From contig CAZIJG010000004.1 in NCBI GenBank assembly GCA_964539545.1, positions 8,054 through 72,053 on the forward strand: a stretch of DNA of 64,000 nt, in the 5' to 3' direction. The position numbers were made by a program, and so were the translations under genes. The stretch's first letter is position 1; every line of letters starts with the position of its first letter. Positions 11,287 to 21,101 of the stretch are shown one piece after another. Under the pieces are notes generated by a model. It ran no database searches. It saw only the letters and a list, made by a program, of their open reading frames with translations, and was not told the DNA's origin. The DNA comes from an uncultured Gammaproteobacteria bacterium. GTDB taxonomy: Bacteria; Patescibacteriota; Patescibacteriia; Patescibacteriales; UBA12465.

Positions 11287-11312
11287 TATATTAACTAAGA
11301 TTTTTAAATACT

Positions 11313-11597
11313 ATGTCTAGAAGTTTAAAAAAAGGACCTTACATTAACGAAAGAATCCTGAAAAAGATAAAAGCCTTGAAACCAGGGGATAAGACTATTA
11401 TTCAGGTGTGGGACAGAGCTTGTTCTATCACCCCAGAAATGGTTGGTTTTACTATCGGCGTGCATAATGGTAGACAACATACTCCAGTTTATATAGTAGA
11501 GAATATGGTTGGTCATCGTTTAGGAGAATTTTCTCCAACTAAGAAATTTGTAGCTCATGGCGGTAGAATGGCCAAGGCTCAATCTCAAAGTAAATAA
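11313..11597 (+). CDS. rpsS: 30S ribosomal protein S19
   Basis: MSRSLKKGPY..., GVHNGRQH motif. Confidence 0.97.
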   Translation: MSRSLKKGPYINERILKKIKALKPGDKTIIQVWDRACSITPEMVGFTIGVHNGRQHTPVYIVENMVGHRLGEFSPTKKFVAHGGRMAKAQSQSK

Positions 11598-11614
11598 TCT
11601 AGATATTTAATTAT

Positions 11615-12187
11615 ATGGAAGTAAAAGCTAGCTTAAAACATTTAAGAACCTCTCCCAGAAAAACCAGATTAGTGGTGGATCTTATTCGTGGTTTAGAGGT
11701 TGACCAAGCTTTGAATCAATTGCGATTTATTAATAAAAGAGCAGCTGATCCAATTAGTAAATTACTATCTTCTGCAATTAGTAATGCAGAGAATAATTTT
11801 GAATTGGAGAAAGCTAATTTATTTGTTAAAGAAATCAGAGTTGATGAAGCATCAACTATAAAACGTTGGATGCCTAGAGCTCATGGTCGTGCTACTCCGT
11901 TAAGAAAGAGAGGCAGTCACATTTTGATTACTTTAGGAGAAATTAAAGATTCTGGCAAAAAGAAAGCTAAGGTTCAAGAAATTGAAAAACCATTAAAACT
12001 ACAAGCTGATAATAAAGGAGAATCAGCTGAAAAGATTACAAAAAAAACTAAAAAAGAACAATCTGAAAGTGCTACTCAGGAAAAAGGTAAGGAAATTAAT
12101 GATTCAAAACGTGATGGCAGAGGTGGTAGCAACAGAGGAGAAGGTAAAGGTTTTTCTTCTAAAGTTTTCCGTCGCAAGGCAGGTTAG
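11615..12187 (+). CDS. rplV: 50S ribosomal protein L22 with ~80 aa charged C-terminal tail
   Basis: SPRKTRLVVDLIRG motif; operon order. Confidence 0.93.
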   Translation: MEVKASLKHLRTSPRKTRLVVDLIRGLEVDQALNQLRFINKRAADPISKLLSSAISNAENNFELEKANLFVKEIRVDEASTIKRWMPRAHGRATPLRKRGSHILITLGEIKDSGKKKAKVQEIEKPLKLQADNKGESAEKITKKTKKEQSESATQEKGKEINDSKRDGRGGSNRGEGKGFSSKVFRRKAG

Positions 12188-12204
12188 TTAAATTTAAAAA
12201 TACT

Positions 12205-12897
12205 ATGGGTAAGAAAATCAATCCAAAAATTATAAGAATCGGTGTTATCAAGACTTGGCCTTCACTTTGGTTTAAGACTGGTGACGATTATATTAAAAGC
12301 GTTCAACAAGACGTTGGCGTTCGAAGATATATTTTGAAGCATTTTAAAGAAGCTGGAACCGATAAAGTAGAGATTAGCCGTAGTGCTAATAAGATTAACG
12401 TAGATATCCACACTGCTAAGCCAGGTTTAATTATTGGTAGAAAAGGTGATGGTATTGAAGCATTGAAGAAAACCCTACATAGTGAATTTTTAAAGAATTT
12501 CCGACCTAATGAAATCAAATTAAATGTAAAAGAAGTTTCTCGACCTAATTTGAGTGCTCAAATTGTATTACAGTCTATGACTTTAGATATTGAAAAAAGA
12601 ATGCCTTTCCGTAGAGTAATGAAACAAGCTATTAGCAGAGTAGAAAGAGCCGGTGCCCTAGGAGTGAAGGTTAAAGTGGCTGGTCGTTTAAATGGAGCAG
12701 AGATTGCTAGAAGCGAAAAATTAGTTTCTGGCAAGGTTCCATTGCAGACTTTAAGAGCTGATATCGATTATGCTCGTGGTGTTGCTCGCACTACTTATGG
12801 TGCGATTGGTATCAAAGTTTGGATTTACCGTGGCGAAATATTTAATGATACAAATAAAGAAGCCAGAGGTGAAGTAGTAGGCGAAGTCCTAAAGTAA
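12205..12897 (+). CDS. rpsC: 30S ribosomal protein S3
   Basis: [11 protein letters not shown]-terminus, [13 protein letters not shown] motif. Confidence 0.97.
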   Translation: MGKKINPKIIRIGVIKTWPSLWFKTGDDYIKSVQQDVGVRRYILKHFKEAGTDKVEISRSANKINVDIHTAKPGLIIGRKGDGIEALKKTLHSEFLKNFRPNEIKLNVKEVSRPNLSAQIVLQSMTLDIEKRMPFRRVMKQAISRVERAGALGVKVKVAGRLNGAEIARSEKLVSGKVPLQTLRADIDYARGVARTTYGAIGIKVWIYRGEIFNDTNKEARGEVVGEVLK

Positions 12898-12908
12898 TAT
12901 TCCTTTAT

Positions 12909-13313
12909 ATGTTAATGCCAAAAAAAACAAAATTCAGAAAAGATCATAAACGTTATCATCGTGGTAAAGCCACTCGTATGAATAGTGTTAGTTTTGGTGA
13001 GTTTGGTTTGAAGAGTTTAGAAGGTTGTTGGATTAGTTCTAGACAGATTGAAGCTGCCAGGAAAGTGATTACTAAATATACTAGAAAAGATGGTAAAATG
13101 TGGATCAGAATCTTTCCAGATAAGCCTGTAACTAAAAAAGGCGGTGAAATGCCCATGGGTAAAGGTAAAGGTGCAGTAGATCATTACGTAGCGGTTATTA
13201 AACCAGGTACAGTAATGTTTGAGATTGCTGGTGTAAATGAAGAATTAGCTAAAAAAGTATTATTATTGGCTGCCTATAAATTGCCAGTAAAATGTAGATT
13301 TGTCATCAAATAA
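12909..13313 (+). CDS. rplP: 50S ribosomal protein L16
   Basis: MPKKTKFRK start, [17 protein letters not shown]. Confidence 0.97.
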   Translation: MLMPKKTKFRKDHKRYHRGKATRMNSVSFGEFGLKSLEGCWISSRQIEAARKVITKYTRKDGKMWIRIFPDKPVTKKGGEMPMGKGKGAVDHYVAVIKPGTVMFEIAGVNEELAKKVLLLAAYKLPVKCRFVIK

Positions 13314-13323
13314 TTTAAATACT

Positions 13324-13521
13324 ATGGAAATTAAAGATTTGAAAACTAAAAGTGTAAATGATTTACAGCAGTTACTCGCTCAAGAAAGAGATAAATTGAG
13401 AGATTTACGTTTTAAAGATTCTAATAAGCAGTTGAAGAATATTAGAGAAATTAGAAATACTAAGAAGTTTATTGCTGGTATTTTAACTTTTCTTAACAAG
13501 GCTAAAGAAGAAAATAAATAA
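13324..13521 (+). CDS. rpmC: 50S ribosomal protein L29
   Basis: MEIKDLKTKS...LRFK; the ATG at 13324 is preferred over the track start 13300, which overlaps rplP. Confidence 0.9.
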   Translation: MEIKDLKTKSVNDLQQLLAQERDKLRDLRFKDSNKQLKNIREIRNTKKFIAGILTFLNKAKEENK

Positions 13522-13530
13522 TATTTCTAT

Positions 13531-13794
13531 ATGAAAAAACAAGAAGCTAAAATTAAAAAAGAAATTATCCGCAAAAAATTTGTTGGTGAGGTTATTAGTA
13601 ATAAAAATGAAAAAACGGTTGTAGTTAAAGTGGATAGAGTTAAAATACATCCTAAGTATAAAAAAAGATATACTGTTAGTAAAAAATATAAAGTACACGA
13701 TGAGAAAGAGCAGTTTAAAGTAGGTGATAAAGTTAATTTTGTAGAATGTCGCCCAATGAGTAAAGAAAAAAAATGGCGTGTGTTATATAGCTAA
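13531..13794 (+). CDS. rpsQ: 30S ribosomal protein S17
   Basis: [18 protein letters not shown] pattern; operon order. Confidence 0.93.
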   Translation: MKKQEAKIKKEIIRKKFVGEVISNKNEKTVVVKVDRVKIHPKYKKRYTVSKKYKVHDEKEQFKVGDKVNFVECRPMSKEKKWRVLYS

Positions 13795-13805
13795 ATTTTA
13801 AGATT

Positions 13806-14177
13806 ATGATTCAAGTAGAAACAAAATTAAAAGTTACTGATAATTCTGGAGCCAAAAAAGTCCAGTGTATTAGAGTTTTGGGGGGATATCGTAAAAGATA
13901 TGCTAGACCTGGAGATATAATTACAGTAGCCGTTAAAGAAGCTGTGCCACATTCTCCAATTAAAAAAGGCGATGTGTTAAGAGCAGTAGTTGTAAGAACC
14001 GCTAAGGAAATTAGACGCGATGACGGTAGTTATTTACGTTTTAACGATAATGCTTGTGTTATTATTGATAAAGAAAAAAAGGAACCTAAGGGTACACGTA
14101 TTTTTGGACCAGTAGCCAGAGAAGTGAGAAGAGCTGGATTTTTCAAGGTTGCTTCTTTAGCTCCTGAAGTACTGTAA
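13806..14177 (+). CDS. rplN: 50S ribosomal protein L14
   Basis: [17 protein letters not shown] start. Confidence 0.97.
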   Translation: MIQVETKLKVTDNSGAKKVQCIRVLGGYRKRYARPGDIITVAVKEAVPHSPIKKGDVLRAVVVRTAKEIRRDDGSYLRFNDNACVIIDKEKKEPKGTRIFGPVAREVRRAGFFKVASLAPEVL

Positions 14178-14191
14178 TAATATTTAAGATT

Positions 14192-14512
14192 ATGAAAATA
14201 AAACAAGGCGACAAAATAAAAATGTTAATTGGGAAAGATAAAGGTAAAACTGGTAAAGTTTTGCAAGTTATTCCAAAGGAGAATCGAGTTAGTATTGAAA
14301 ATCTAAACTTGCTAGTTAAACATTTACGTCCACGTCGTGAAGGCGAAAAAGGCCAAAGAATTGAATTCCCAGGTTTAGTTAATATTTCTAATTTAGCTCT
14401 AGTTTGCCCTAAATGTGGGAAAACTACTAGAGTTAACTATAAAGTAGTAAAGACAGATTCTGGACAGAAGAAGTATCGCCAATGTAAAAAATGTCAAGAA
14501 ACATTTGTTTAA
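14192..14512 (+). CDS. rplX: 50S ribosomal protein L24 with CxxC...CxxC C-terminal segment
   Basis: KIKQGDKIKMLIGKDKGKTGKV KOW motif; CPKC...CKKC in last 35 aa. Confidence 0.93.
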   Translation: MKIKQGDKIKMLIGKDKGKTGKVLQVIPKENRVSIENLNLLVKHLRPRREGEKGQRIEFPGLVNISNLALVCPKCGKTTRVNYKVVKTDSGQKKYRQCKKCQETFV

Positions 14513-14523
14513 TTTTTGAATAT

Positions 14524-15063
14524 ATGAATAATTTGCAAACAAGATATAAAAAAGAGATCCTACCACAGTTAAAGGAGAAATTAGGTTTAAAGAATGATAT
14601 GGTAGCGCCTAAATTAATTAAGGTATCTATTAATGTTGGATTTGGTCGTCACAATAAAGATAAAGCCTATATTGAAAGAGTAGAAAAAGTTTTAACTGCT
14701 GTTAGTGGCCAGAAAATTATTTTAACTAAAGCTAAGAAGTCTATTGCTGCTTTTAAAGTTAGAGAAGGTATGACTGTTGGTGCTATGGTAACTTTGCGCA
14801 AGCAGTATATGTATGATTTTGTAGAAAAATTAGTTTCAATAACTTTTCCAAGAGTTAGAGATTTTAGAGGTATCAGCGAGAAATCAGTTGATGCAGCTGG
14901 TAATCTAACAGTTGGATTTAAAGAACATACCGCTTTTCCAGAAATTGGAGGAGAAGATTCAGAAAATGTTTTTGGTTTAGAAATTAGTTTAGTTACTAAT
15001 ACTAAAGTTAGGGAGAAAGGCTTAGAGCTATTTAGGCTCATTGGCTTCCCATTTAAGAAATAG
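14524..15063 (+). CDS. rplE: 50S ribosomal protein L5
   Basis: MNNLQTRYKKEILPQL start at ATG 14524 (track start 14491 overlaps rplX). Confidence 0.95.
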   Translation: MNNLQTRYKKEILPQLKEKLGLKNDMVAPKLIKVSINVGFGRHNKDKAYIERVEKVLTAVSGQKIILTKAKKSIAAFKVREGMTVGAMVTLRKQYMYDFVEKLVSITFPRVRDFRGISEKSVDAAGNLTVGFKEHTAFPEIGGEDSENVFGLEISLVTNTKVREKGLELFRLIGFPFKK

Positions 15064-15066
15064 TAT

Positions 15067-15252
15067 ATGGCTAGAAAAGCATTAATTGCCAAGGCAAAGA
15101 GAAAACCAAAATTTTCTACTCGTAAAATTAACCGTTGCTGGCGTTGTGGTCGTGTTCACGGTTATTTGAGAGATTTTGGCTTATGTAGAATTTGTTTGAG
15201 AGAATTAGCAGACAACGGTGATTTACCAGGAATTAAGAAAGCCAGTTGGTAA
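15067..15252 (+). CDS. rpsZ: 30S ribosomal protein S14 type Z (zinc-binding)
   Basis: 61 aa, CWRCGR...CRIC. Confidence 0.95.
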   Translation: MARKALIAKAKRKPKFSTRKINRCWRCGRVHGYLRDFGLCRICLRELADNGDLPGIKKASW

Positions 15253-15288
15253 ACTAGTAAGTTTAAATAAATCTATAAGAGAAAAATT

Positions 15289-15702
15289 ATGACAGACCCA
15301 ATTTCAGACATGCTGACCAGAATTCGTAATGCATCTGCTGTGAAAAAAGCGGAAGTGGTTTTGCCTATGAGTAAAATTAAATATCGCTTGGCTAAAGTTT
15401 TAGAAGAACAAAACTGGGTGAAAAAGGCAGAAATACTTAAGGGAGGTGAAAAAGGCGCAGCTAATGGAAATTTTGATCAGTTAAAAATAGTTTTGAAATA
15501 TAAAAAGAACGGTAAACCTTTTATTAGTAATTTAAAGAGAATTTCTAAACCAGGTTTGAGAGTTTATGTAGATAAAAATAATATTCCAAAAGTGTTAAAC
15601 GGTTTTGGTATGGCTGTAATCTCTACTCCGCAGGGTTTAATGACTAATCAACAGGCTAAAGCTGCTAAAATCGGAGGAGAACTTATTTGTCAAATTTATT
15701 AA
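15289..15702 (+). CDS. rpsH: 30S ribosomal protein S8
   Basis: MTDPISDMLTRIRNA start. Confidence 0.97.
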   Translation: MTDPISDMLTRIRNASAVKKAEVVLPMSKIKYRLAKVLEEQNWVKKAEILKGGEKGAANGNFDQLKIVLKYKKNGKPFISNLKRISKPGLRVYVDKNNIPKVLNGFGMAVISTPQGLMTNQQAKAAKIGGELICQIY

Positions 15703-15713
15703 TTCAATTTTTT

Positions 15714-16262
15714 ATGTCACGTATAGGAAAATTACCAATTATATTGCCAGAAGGTGTTCAGGCAGAAATAACTAAAAAGAAAGTAGCTGTAACAGGTCCT
15801 AAAGGGCAGTTAGAGCAAGAGTTAGCTATTAAAGATGTTCTAGTAGAGTTAGTTGACGGAAGTATTTTAGTAACAGTTAAAAATCCAGAAGATCGCCAAC
15901 AACGCGCTTACTGGGGTCTTTATCGTAGCTTAATCAATAATTTAGTTATTGGTGTTAGCGAAGGATTTGAAAAGAAATTAGAAGTAAATGGAGTTGGTTA
16001 TAAAGTTGCTGTTAGTGGTAATACCATGACTTTAAATTTAGGTTATTCTCACCCGATTGTATTTGTTTTACCAGAAGGTATCACAGCAACCGTTGAGGGT
16101 AACATAATTACTGTAAGCGGTATCGACAAACAATCAGTTGGTAATACTGCTGCTAAAATTAGAAAGTTTAGAAAACCAGAGCCCTATAAAGGTAAAGGAG
16201 TTAAGTATGTTGAGGAAGTTATTATTAGAAAAGAAGGTAAGGCTGCTTCCAAAGGTGAATAA
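15714..16262 (+). CDS. rplF: 50S ribosomal protein L6
   Basis: MSRIGKLPI start at ATG 15714. Confidence 0.95.
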   Translation: MSRIGKLPIILPEGVQAEITKKKVAVTGPKGQLEQELAIKDVLVELVDGSILVTVKNPEDRQQRAYWGLYRSLINNLVIGVSEGFEKKLEVNGVGYKVAVSGNTMTLNLGYSHPIVFVLPEGITATVEGNIITVSGIDKQSVGNTAAKIRKFRKPEPYKGKGVKYVEEVIIRKEGKAASKGE

Positions 16263-16273
16263 ATTTAAAAACT

Positions 16274-16627
16274 ATGAATTTGCAAAAATTAAAACAACAA
16301 AATAAAGCTAGATTACACCGTAAGGTAAGAGCTAAAATTCAGGGAACTAGTGAAAGACCTAGATTAACTGTATTTCGTTCTAATTTAAGTATGTATGTAC
16401 AAGTTATTGATGATGAAGCAGGTAAAACTATTGTTAGTGCTCATACTAAAGAATTAAAGAAGAAAGTCAGTAAAATTGAACAGGCTTTAGAATTAGGTAA
16501 ATTAATAGCTAGTAAAGTTAAAGATAAAAAAATTAAGACTGTGGTTTTTGATCGCAGCTCTTACCGTTACCATGGCCGCGTAAAAGCAGTAGCCGAAGGG
16601 GCACGTGAAGGCGGGTTAGAATTTTAA
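16274..16627 (+). CDS. rplR: 50S ribosomal protein L18
   Basis: [20 protein letters not shown] motif. Confidence 0.95.
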   Translation: MNLQKLKQQNKARLHRKVRAKIQGTSERPRLTVFRSNLSMYVQVIDDEAGKTIVSAHTKELKKKVSKIEQALELGKLIASKVKDKKIKTVVFDRSSYRYHGRVKAVAEGAREGGLEF

Positions 16628-16631
16628 TATT

Positions 16632-17345
16632 ATGTCAGATAAGAATCAACCAATAGAAGAAAAAAAGGGAGAAGAGAAGGTGGAGACTAAGGTGGAGACT
16701 AAGGTAGAAGCTAAAACTGTAGCTACAAAGCCAGCAGTTAAAACAACTCCTACATCTGGAGGCGCAGCTAAAGTTGTGGCTAAGTCTATTTATGGTGAAA
16801 GGAAGACACAGCAAAAGAGAATGCGTCGAGGTAGACCAGAAAAGAAAGACGATTTTGATCAAAGAATTTTAGATATTGCTAGAGTAACCAGAGTTATGGC
16901 CGGTGGTAAGCGTATGAGCTTTAGAGCCTGTGTGGCTATTGGTGATAAGAAAGGTAAAGTAGCCGTTGGGTTAGGCAAGGGAGCTGATGTTAGTATGGCT
17001 GTAAATAAAGCTGTAAATTGTGCTAAAAGAGACATGATATCAGTATCTATGGTTAATAACACTATCCCTCATGAAGTATTCAAGAAATTAGGAGCTGCTA
17101 AAATTTTATTTAAACCAGCCAGAGAAGGACGTGGTGTTATTGCTGGCGGTATTGTAAGAATTATTGTAGAATTAGCAGGTATTAAGAATATAACTAGTAA
17201 AATTTTAGGAACTAATAATAAGATTAATAATGCCCGATGTACTATTGAAGCTTTCAGACAGTTGAAGAGAGTAGAAACACCTAATAATACTGATAAAAAG
17301 AAAAAGGAAAAAGAGACAGATAAAAAAGAAATTAAGCAAAAATAA
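16632..17345 (+). CDS. rpsE: 30S ribosomal protein S5 with ~75 aa N-terminal and Lys-rich C-terminal extensions
   Basis: GGKRMSFRACVAIGD core; KVETKVETKVEAK tandem repeat at N-terminus. Confidence 0.93.
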   Translation: MSDKNQPIEEKKGEEKVETKVETKVEAKTVATKPAVKTTPTSGGAAKVVAKSIYGERKTQQKRMRRGRPEKKDDFDQRILDIARVTRVMAGGKRMSFRACVAIGDKKGKVAVGLGKGADVSMAVNKAVNCAKRDMISVSMVNNTIPHEVFKKLGAAKILFKPAREGRGVIAGGIVRIIVELAGIKNITSKILGTNNKINNARCTIEAFRQLKRVETPNNTDKKKKEKETDKKEIKQK

Positions 17346-17347
17346 TT

Positions 17348-17773
17348 ATGTCTTTAGAGTTAAATAATTTCAAAAAACCAGCTAGAGTAAAGAAAGACCG
17401 CAAACGTATAGGGCGCGGTAATGCTTCAGGAACAGGTACCTATAGTGGTCGTGGTCAAAAGGGCCAAGGCTCTAGATCAGGTGTTACAGGATTGAAGAGA
17501 CTAGGAATGAAGAAGCAGTTAATGCAGATCCCTAAACTTAGAGGTTTCAAATCTTTACGACCAAATAATCAGGTAGTATCTATTGATAGTATCAATGCTG
17601 TATATAAAGAAGGTGAAACAGTAAATCCAACTACTCTGGTAGAGAAAGGTTTAGTAAAGAAAGCAGATTTGCCTATTAAGATTTTAGGTAAAAGAGCTAT
17701 CAAAGTGAAAGATATTAAAGTAGAAAACGTTAAAATGTCTCAAGGAGCTAAGGCTTCTGTAAAAGCTAAATAA
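17348..17773 (+). CDS. rplO: 50S ribosomal protein L15 (directly follows S5; no L30 gene)
   Basis: GRGNASGTGTYSGRGQKGQ motif; only 2 nt between rpsE stop and rplO start. Confidence 0.95.
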   Translation: MSLELNNFKKPARVKKDRKRIGRGNASGTGTYSGRGQKGQGSRSGVTGLKRLGMKKQLMQIPKLRGFKSLRPNNQVVSIDSINAVYKEGETVNPTTLVEKGLVKKADLPIKILGKRAIKVKDIKVENVKMSQGAKASVKAK

Positions 17774-17775
17774 TT

Positions 17776-19047
17776 ATGTGGCAGAAACTTAAACAAATTT
17801 GGAAGATTAAGGATCTAAGAAATAGGATCTTATTTGTTTTGGCTATGTTAGTAATCTTTCGTTTAGCAGCTCACATTCCAATTCCGGGAGTTAACACTGA
17901 AGCTTTGAAAGAGCTGTTTGCTTCTAATCAGATTTTAGGATTGATTAATATATTTTCTGGAGGTAGTATGCAGAATTTTTCCATTGTGATGATGGGTATT
18001 GCTCCTTACATTACTTCCTCAATTATTTTTCAATTATTAGGAATGATTGTTCCTAAATTAGAAGAAATGCAGAAAGAGGAATCTGGTAGACAAAAGATTA
18101 ATATGTGGACTAGATGGGCTACAGTACCTTTAGCAGCCCTACAGGCCTATGGCATGATTACTTTATTACGTAGTTCAGGTTATCAAATATTAGGAGATAT
18201 TACTGGTTTTGATTTTTTTACTATGATTGTCACCATTACTGCTGGAACCATGTTCTTGATGTGGATTGGTGAGTTAATTACTGAAAAACAGGTTGGTAAT
18301 GGTATTTCGTTATTGATTTTTGCTGGTATTATAGCGGCTTTGCCAACAGCTCTACAACAGATATTGATTAATTTTGATCAATCTCAAATGTTTATGCTGA
18401 TTGGTTTCATTGTAATTGCTATTATTACAGTAGTTGGTGTAGTTATTATTAATGAAGGGCAGAGAAACGTTCCAGTGCAATATGCTAGACAAATTAGAGG
18501 TAATAGAGCTTATGGTGGTACTAGCACTCATTTACCGCTAAGAGTAAATATGGCTGGTGTTATTCCAATTATTTTTGCAATTTCAGTTATTCTATTTCCA
18601 TCTATGATTGCGCAGTTCTTTGTATCTGCTCAAACTCCATGGATTGCTAATTTTGCTCAATGGACCATAGATATTTTTAATAATCAATTATTCTACGGTA
18701 TTTCCTATTTCTTGTTAGTATTTGGATTTACGTATTTTTATACCGAAGTTATCTTCCATCCTCAACAAATTGCTGAAAACTTACAGAGACAAGGTGGATT
18801 TATTCCAGGTATTAGACCAGGAAAACAAACTTCTGAATATTTAGCTCAGACTACTCATAAAATTATTTTTGTTGGAGCTTTATTTCTAGGTTTGATTGCT
18901 ATTTTACCTTTAGTGATGAGATACTTTACTGGTGTTCAGTCTCTAGCCATTGGCGGTACTAGTTTGTTAATTGTGGTAGCGGTAGTTATAGAAATAGTTA
19001 AACAAGTTGAGTCTCAATTAACCATGAGAGAGTACGACGGATTCTAA
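17776..19047 (+). CDS. secY: preprotein translocase subunit SecY
   Basis: 423 aa, ~10 TM, position after rplO. Confidence 0.95.
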   Translation: MWQKLKQIWKIKDLRNRILFVLAMLVIFRLAAHIPIPGVNTEALKELFASNQILGLINIFSGGSMQNFSIVMMGIAPYITSSIIFQLLGMIVPKLEEMQKEESGRQKINMWTRWATVPLAALQAYGMITLLRSSGYQILGDITGFDFFTMIVTITAGTMFLMWIGELITEKQVGNGISLLIFAGIIAALPTALQQILINFDQSQMFMLIGFIVIAIITVVGVVIINEGQRNVPVQYARQIRGNRAYGGTSTHLPLRVNMAGVIPIIFAISVILFPSMIAQFFVSAQTPWIANFAQWTIDIFNNQLFYGISYFLLVFGFTYFYTEVIFHPQQIAENLQRQGGFIPGIRPGKQTSEYLAQTTHKIIFVGALFLGLIAILPLVMRYFTGVQSLAIGGTSLLIVVAVVIEIVKQVESQLTMREYDGF

Positions 19048-19071
19048 AGATAATATTATTTAAATATAGTG

Positions 19072-19097
19072 AAAGCCCTGAAAAAGGGCTTTTTTGT
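19072..19097 (+). terminator. rho-independent terminator after secY
   Basis: AGCCC/GGGCT stem followed by TTTTT. Confidence 0.7.
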
Positions 19098-19137
19098 TTG
19101 TTTTTATTGTGATATAATGATTCTATATTATAATATT

Positions 19138-19716
19138 ATGCCAATAAAGAATCTTCCTAAAGCTGGATCAGGCTTTAGACCCAGAGTATTTGCTAAAAAA
19201 TTATCCAATCTAACTAGATCTGGAAGTTTTAAGAATTTACGTGATAATTCTAAAGATATTAATGCCGCAGTGGCTGGATACGCCTCTGTTATTAAGCGTG
19301 GCGGATTATCTCGTAAGCAACAGCTTACAGTTATAAGAAAGGCTAAAGCGGGAGATTCTGCATTTTCTAAAATAGATGTTAGGCAAACTAAAAAGATATT
19401 GAAACATCTTAGTCCAGGCAGGGTTAGTTTGGAGAAAACTGATCTTGGATCTAAATCTAAACCAAAAGTTTCCGCTCTGGAAGATAAGAGGGCTTCTGAG
19501 CGAGTAATTGCAGACAAGAGGAAAAGAAATGTTATTAGCTCTAGAAGATCAAATGATTTTTTGAAATCAGTCAAGGGAGGACCAGGTGAAAAATCATCGG
19601 ATGAATTAAAATATGATAGCATGGCTAGTGCTAGTGCTCTGAATCCAGGAACTTCATCAATACCTAAGCCACCACCGTCTAAACCAGGCTCTGGTAGTTT
19701 TAGTAATTTATATTAA
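19138..19716 (+). CDS. hypothetical basic protein, paralog A of a tandem pair
   Basis: ATG at 19138 lies downstream of the secY terminator and a TGaTATAAT box (19110-19118); the N-terminal ~95 aa align with the next ORF. Confidence 0.55.
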   Translation: MPIKNLPKAGSGFRPRVFAKKLSNLTRSGSFKNLRDNSKDINAAVAGYASVIKRGGLSRKQQLTVIRKAKAGDSAFSKIDVRQTKKILKHLSPGRVSLEKTDLGSKSKPKVSALEDKRASERVIADKRKRNVISSRRSNDFLKSVKGGPGEKSSDELKYDSMASASALNPGTSSIPKPPPSKPGSGSFSNLY

Positions 19717-19719
19717 TAT

Positions 19720-20013
19720 ATGGGAATATCTAATTTACCACAACCAGGTGAAGATTTCAGGGCTAAAGTTGGTCCAGGAAGTTTTGCTAGAAAATTTAGT
19801 AATGCTGTGCGATTTGGTTCATTAAATAATTTGCAAGATAATTATGAGGTCATTGTTGATTCGGTTGACGATTATGAGGAATATATTCGTCGTGGTGGGT
19901 TAACCAGGTCACTTCGTTGGCGGATTTGGTTAAAAATTAAAAAGAGGTCTAAGAATCTTACTCGAGATGATCAAAGAGAGATAAAACAGATTCTCAGGCA
20001 TTTAGGGAAGTAG
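19720..20013 (+). CDS. hypothetical basic protein, paralog B of a tandem pair
   Basis: Shares NLPxxGxxFR, KxSN, GSxxNLxDN, IxRGGLxR and ILxHL blocks with 19138..19716. Confidence 0.55.
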   Translation: MGISNLPQPGEDFRAKVGPGSFARKFSNAVRFGSLNNLQDNYEVIVDSVDDYEEYIRRGGLTRSLRWRIWLKIKKRSKNLTRDDQREIKQILRHLGK

Positions 20014-20016
20014 TAT

Positions 20017-21090
20017 ATGATGTTAATTATTTTTTCTTTATTATTATTACTATCCTTTTATTTATTGGCAAGGATTTGTGATGAATATTTTGTTAATTCT
20101 TTAGATAGGGTATCGGAAAAGTTGAAATTGTCTTCAGATGTGGCTGGAGCTACTCTAATGGCTGTGGGCTCAAGTGCTCCAGAATTATTTGTAGCTATTA
20201 TTGCTTTATTGAAGCCAGGCGATCACGCAGCGATTGGCATGGGAGCTATTGTAGGTTCTGCCATCTTTAACATCCTAGTTATTATTGGTGTCACGGCTGT
20301 AGTAAGAAAGGCTGTTCTATCTTGGCAACCAGTAGTCAGAGATACAATGTTTTATTCTATCTCTATTATTATGTTGGTATTTGCTTTTCGAGATGGTGTT
20401 ATTGTTCTAGAAGAAGCTTTGTTATTTGTAGGAATGTATGTTGTCTATGTAATAGCAGTATTTAATTGGCGTCGCATACTTCCCTATAAAGACCTTGATA
20501 TTATTGAGGAAGTGCGGGAACATCTAGAAGATCAAAAGAAAAAGAAAAGAAGTTTTTGGAATATTCGCACATTGTTATTGCCATTTGATTGGCTATTAAG
20601 TAAAATATTTCCACCGGCTAAATACTATTATGCGGTGTTTTTTGTTTCCATTATTACTATTGCCGGTTTGAGCTGGGTATTAGTGGATAGTGCAGTTATT
20701 ATAGCTGGGATATTAAAAATTCCAGAAGTTATTGTGGCTTTGACAATTATAGCAGTTGGTACTTCGGTGCCCGATCTAATATCTTCAGTCATTGTGGCTA
20801 AGCAAGGGCGAGGAGGTATGGCTATTAGCAATGCTATTGGTTCTAATATATTTGATATTCTATTTGGTTTGGGTGTGCCCTGGACTATTATGTTAGCACT
20901 TGGTCAGCCAAGTATTGTTGTTGGCACAACCACTTTGATTAGTTCGGTTATATTGTTATTTGCTACGGTGTTAGTTATTTTCTTCCTGTTGTTGAGTAAA
21001 AGATGGAAGATAGGTAAGCACTCTGGCTATTTCTTGATTGCTCTCTATCTGGTATATTTATTGTGGTCAATTTTACAAGCCTATTCATAA
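20017..21090 (+). CDS. Ca2+/Na+ antiporter (CaCA / YrbG family), copy 1
   Basis: alpha-repeat motifs GSSAPELF and GTSVPDL; ~10 TM. Confidence 0.8.
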   Translation: MMLIIFSLLLLLSFYLLARICDEYFVNSLDRVSEKLKLSSDVAGATLMAVGSSAPELFVAIIALLKPGDHAAIGMGAIVGSAIFNILVIIGVTAVVRKAVLSWQPVVRDTMFYSISIIMLVFAFRDGVIVLEEALLFVGMYVVYVIAVFNWRRILPYKDLDIIEEVREHLEDQKKKKRSFWNIRTLLLPFDWLLSKIFPPAKYYYAVFFVSIITIAGLSWVLVDSAVIIAGILKIPEVIVALTIIAVGTSVPDLISSVIVAKQGRGGMAISNAIGSNIFDILFGLGVPWTIMLALGQPSIVVGTTTLISSVILLFATVLVIFFLLLSKRWKIGKHSGYFLIALYLVYLLWSILQAYS

Positions 21091-21101
21091 TAAATTTAAA
21101 T

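Noticed and set aside
16681-16704. Perfect 12-nt tandem duplication GTGGAGACTAAG x2 as a possible regulatory repeat
   Set aside because: It is in frame inside the S5 N-terminal extension (KVETKVET). It is a low-complexity coding repeat, and it is noted under the ribosomal-extension finding.
19069-19137. N-terminal extension of the ORF at 19069 (MKALKKGFFVCFYCDIMILYYNI)
   Set aside because: It is encoded by the secY terminator hairpin and the promoter -10 box. The ATG at 19138 gives an N-terminus that aligns with the paralog at 19720.
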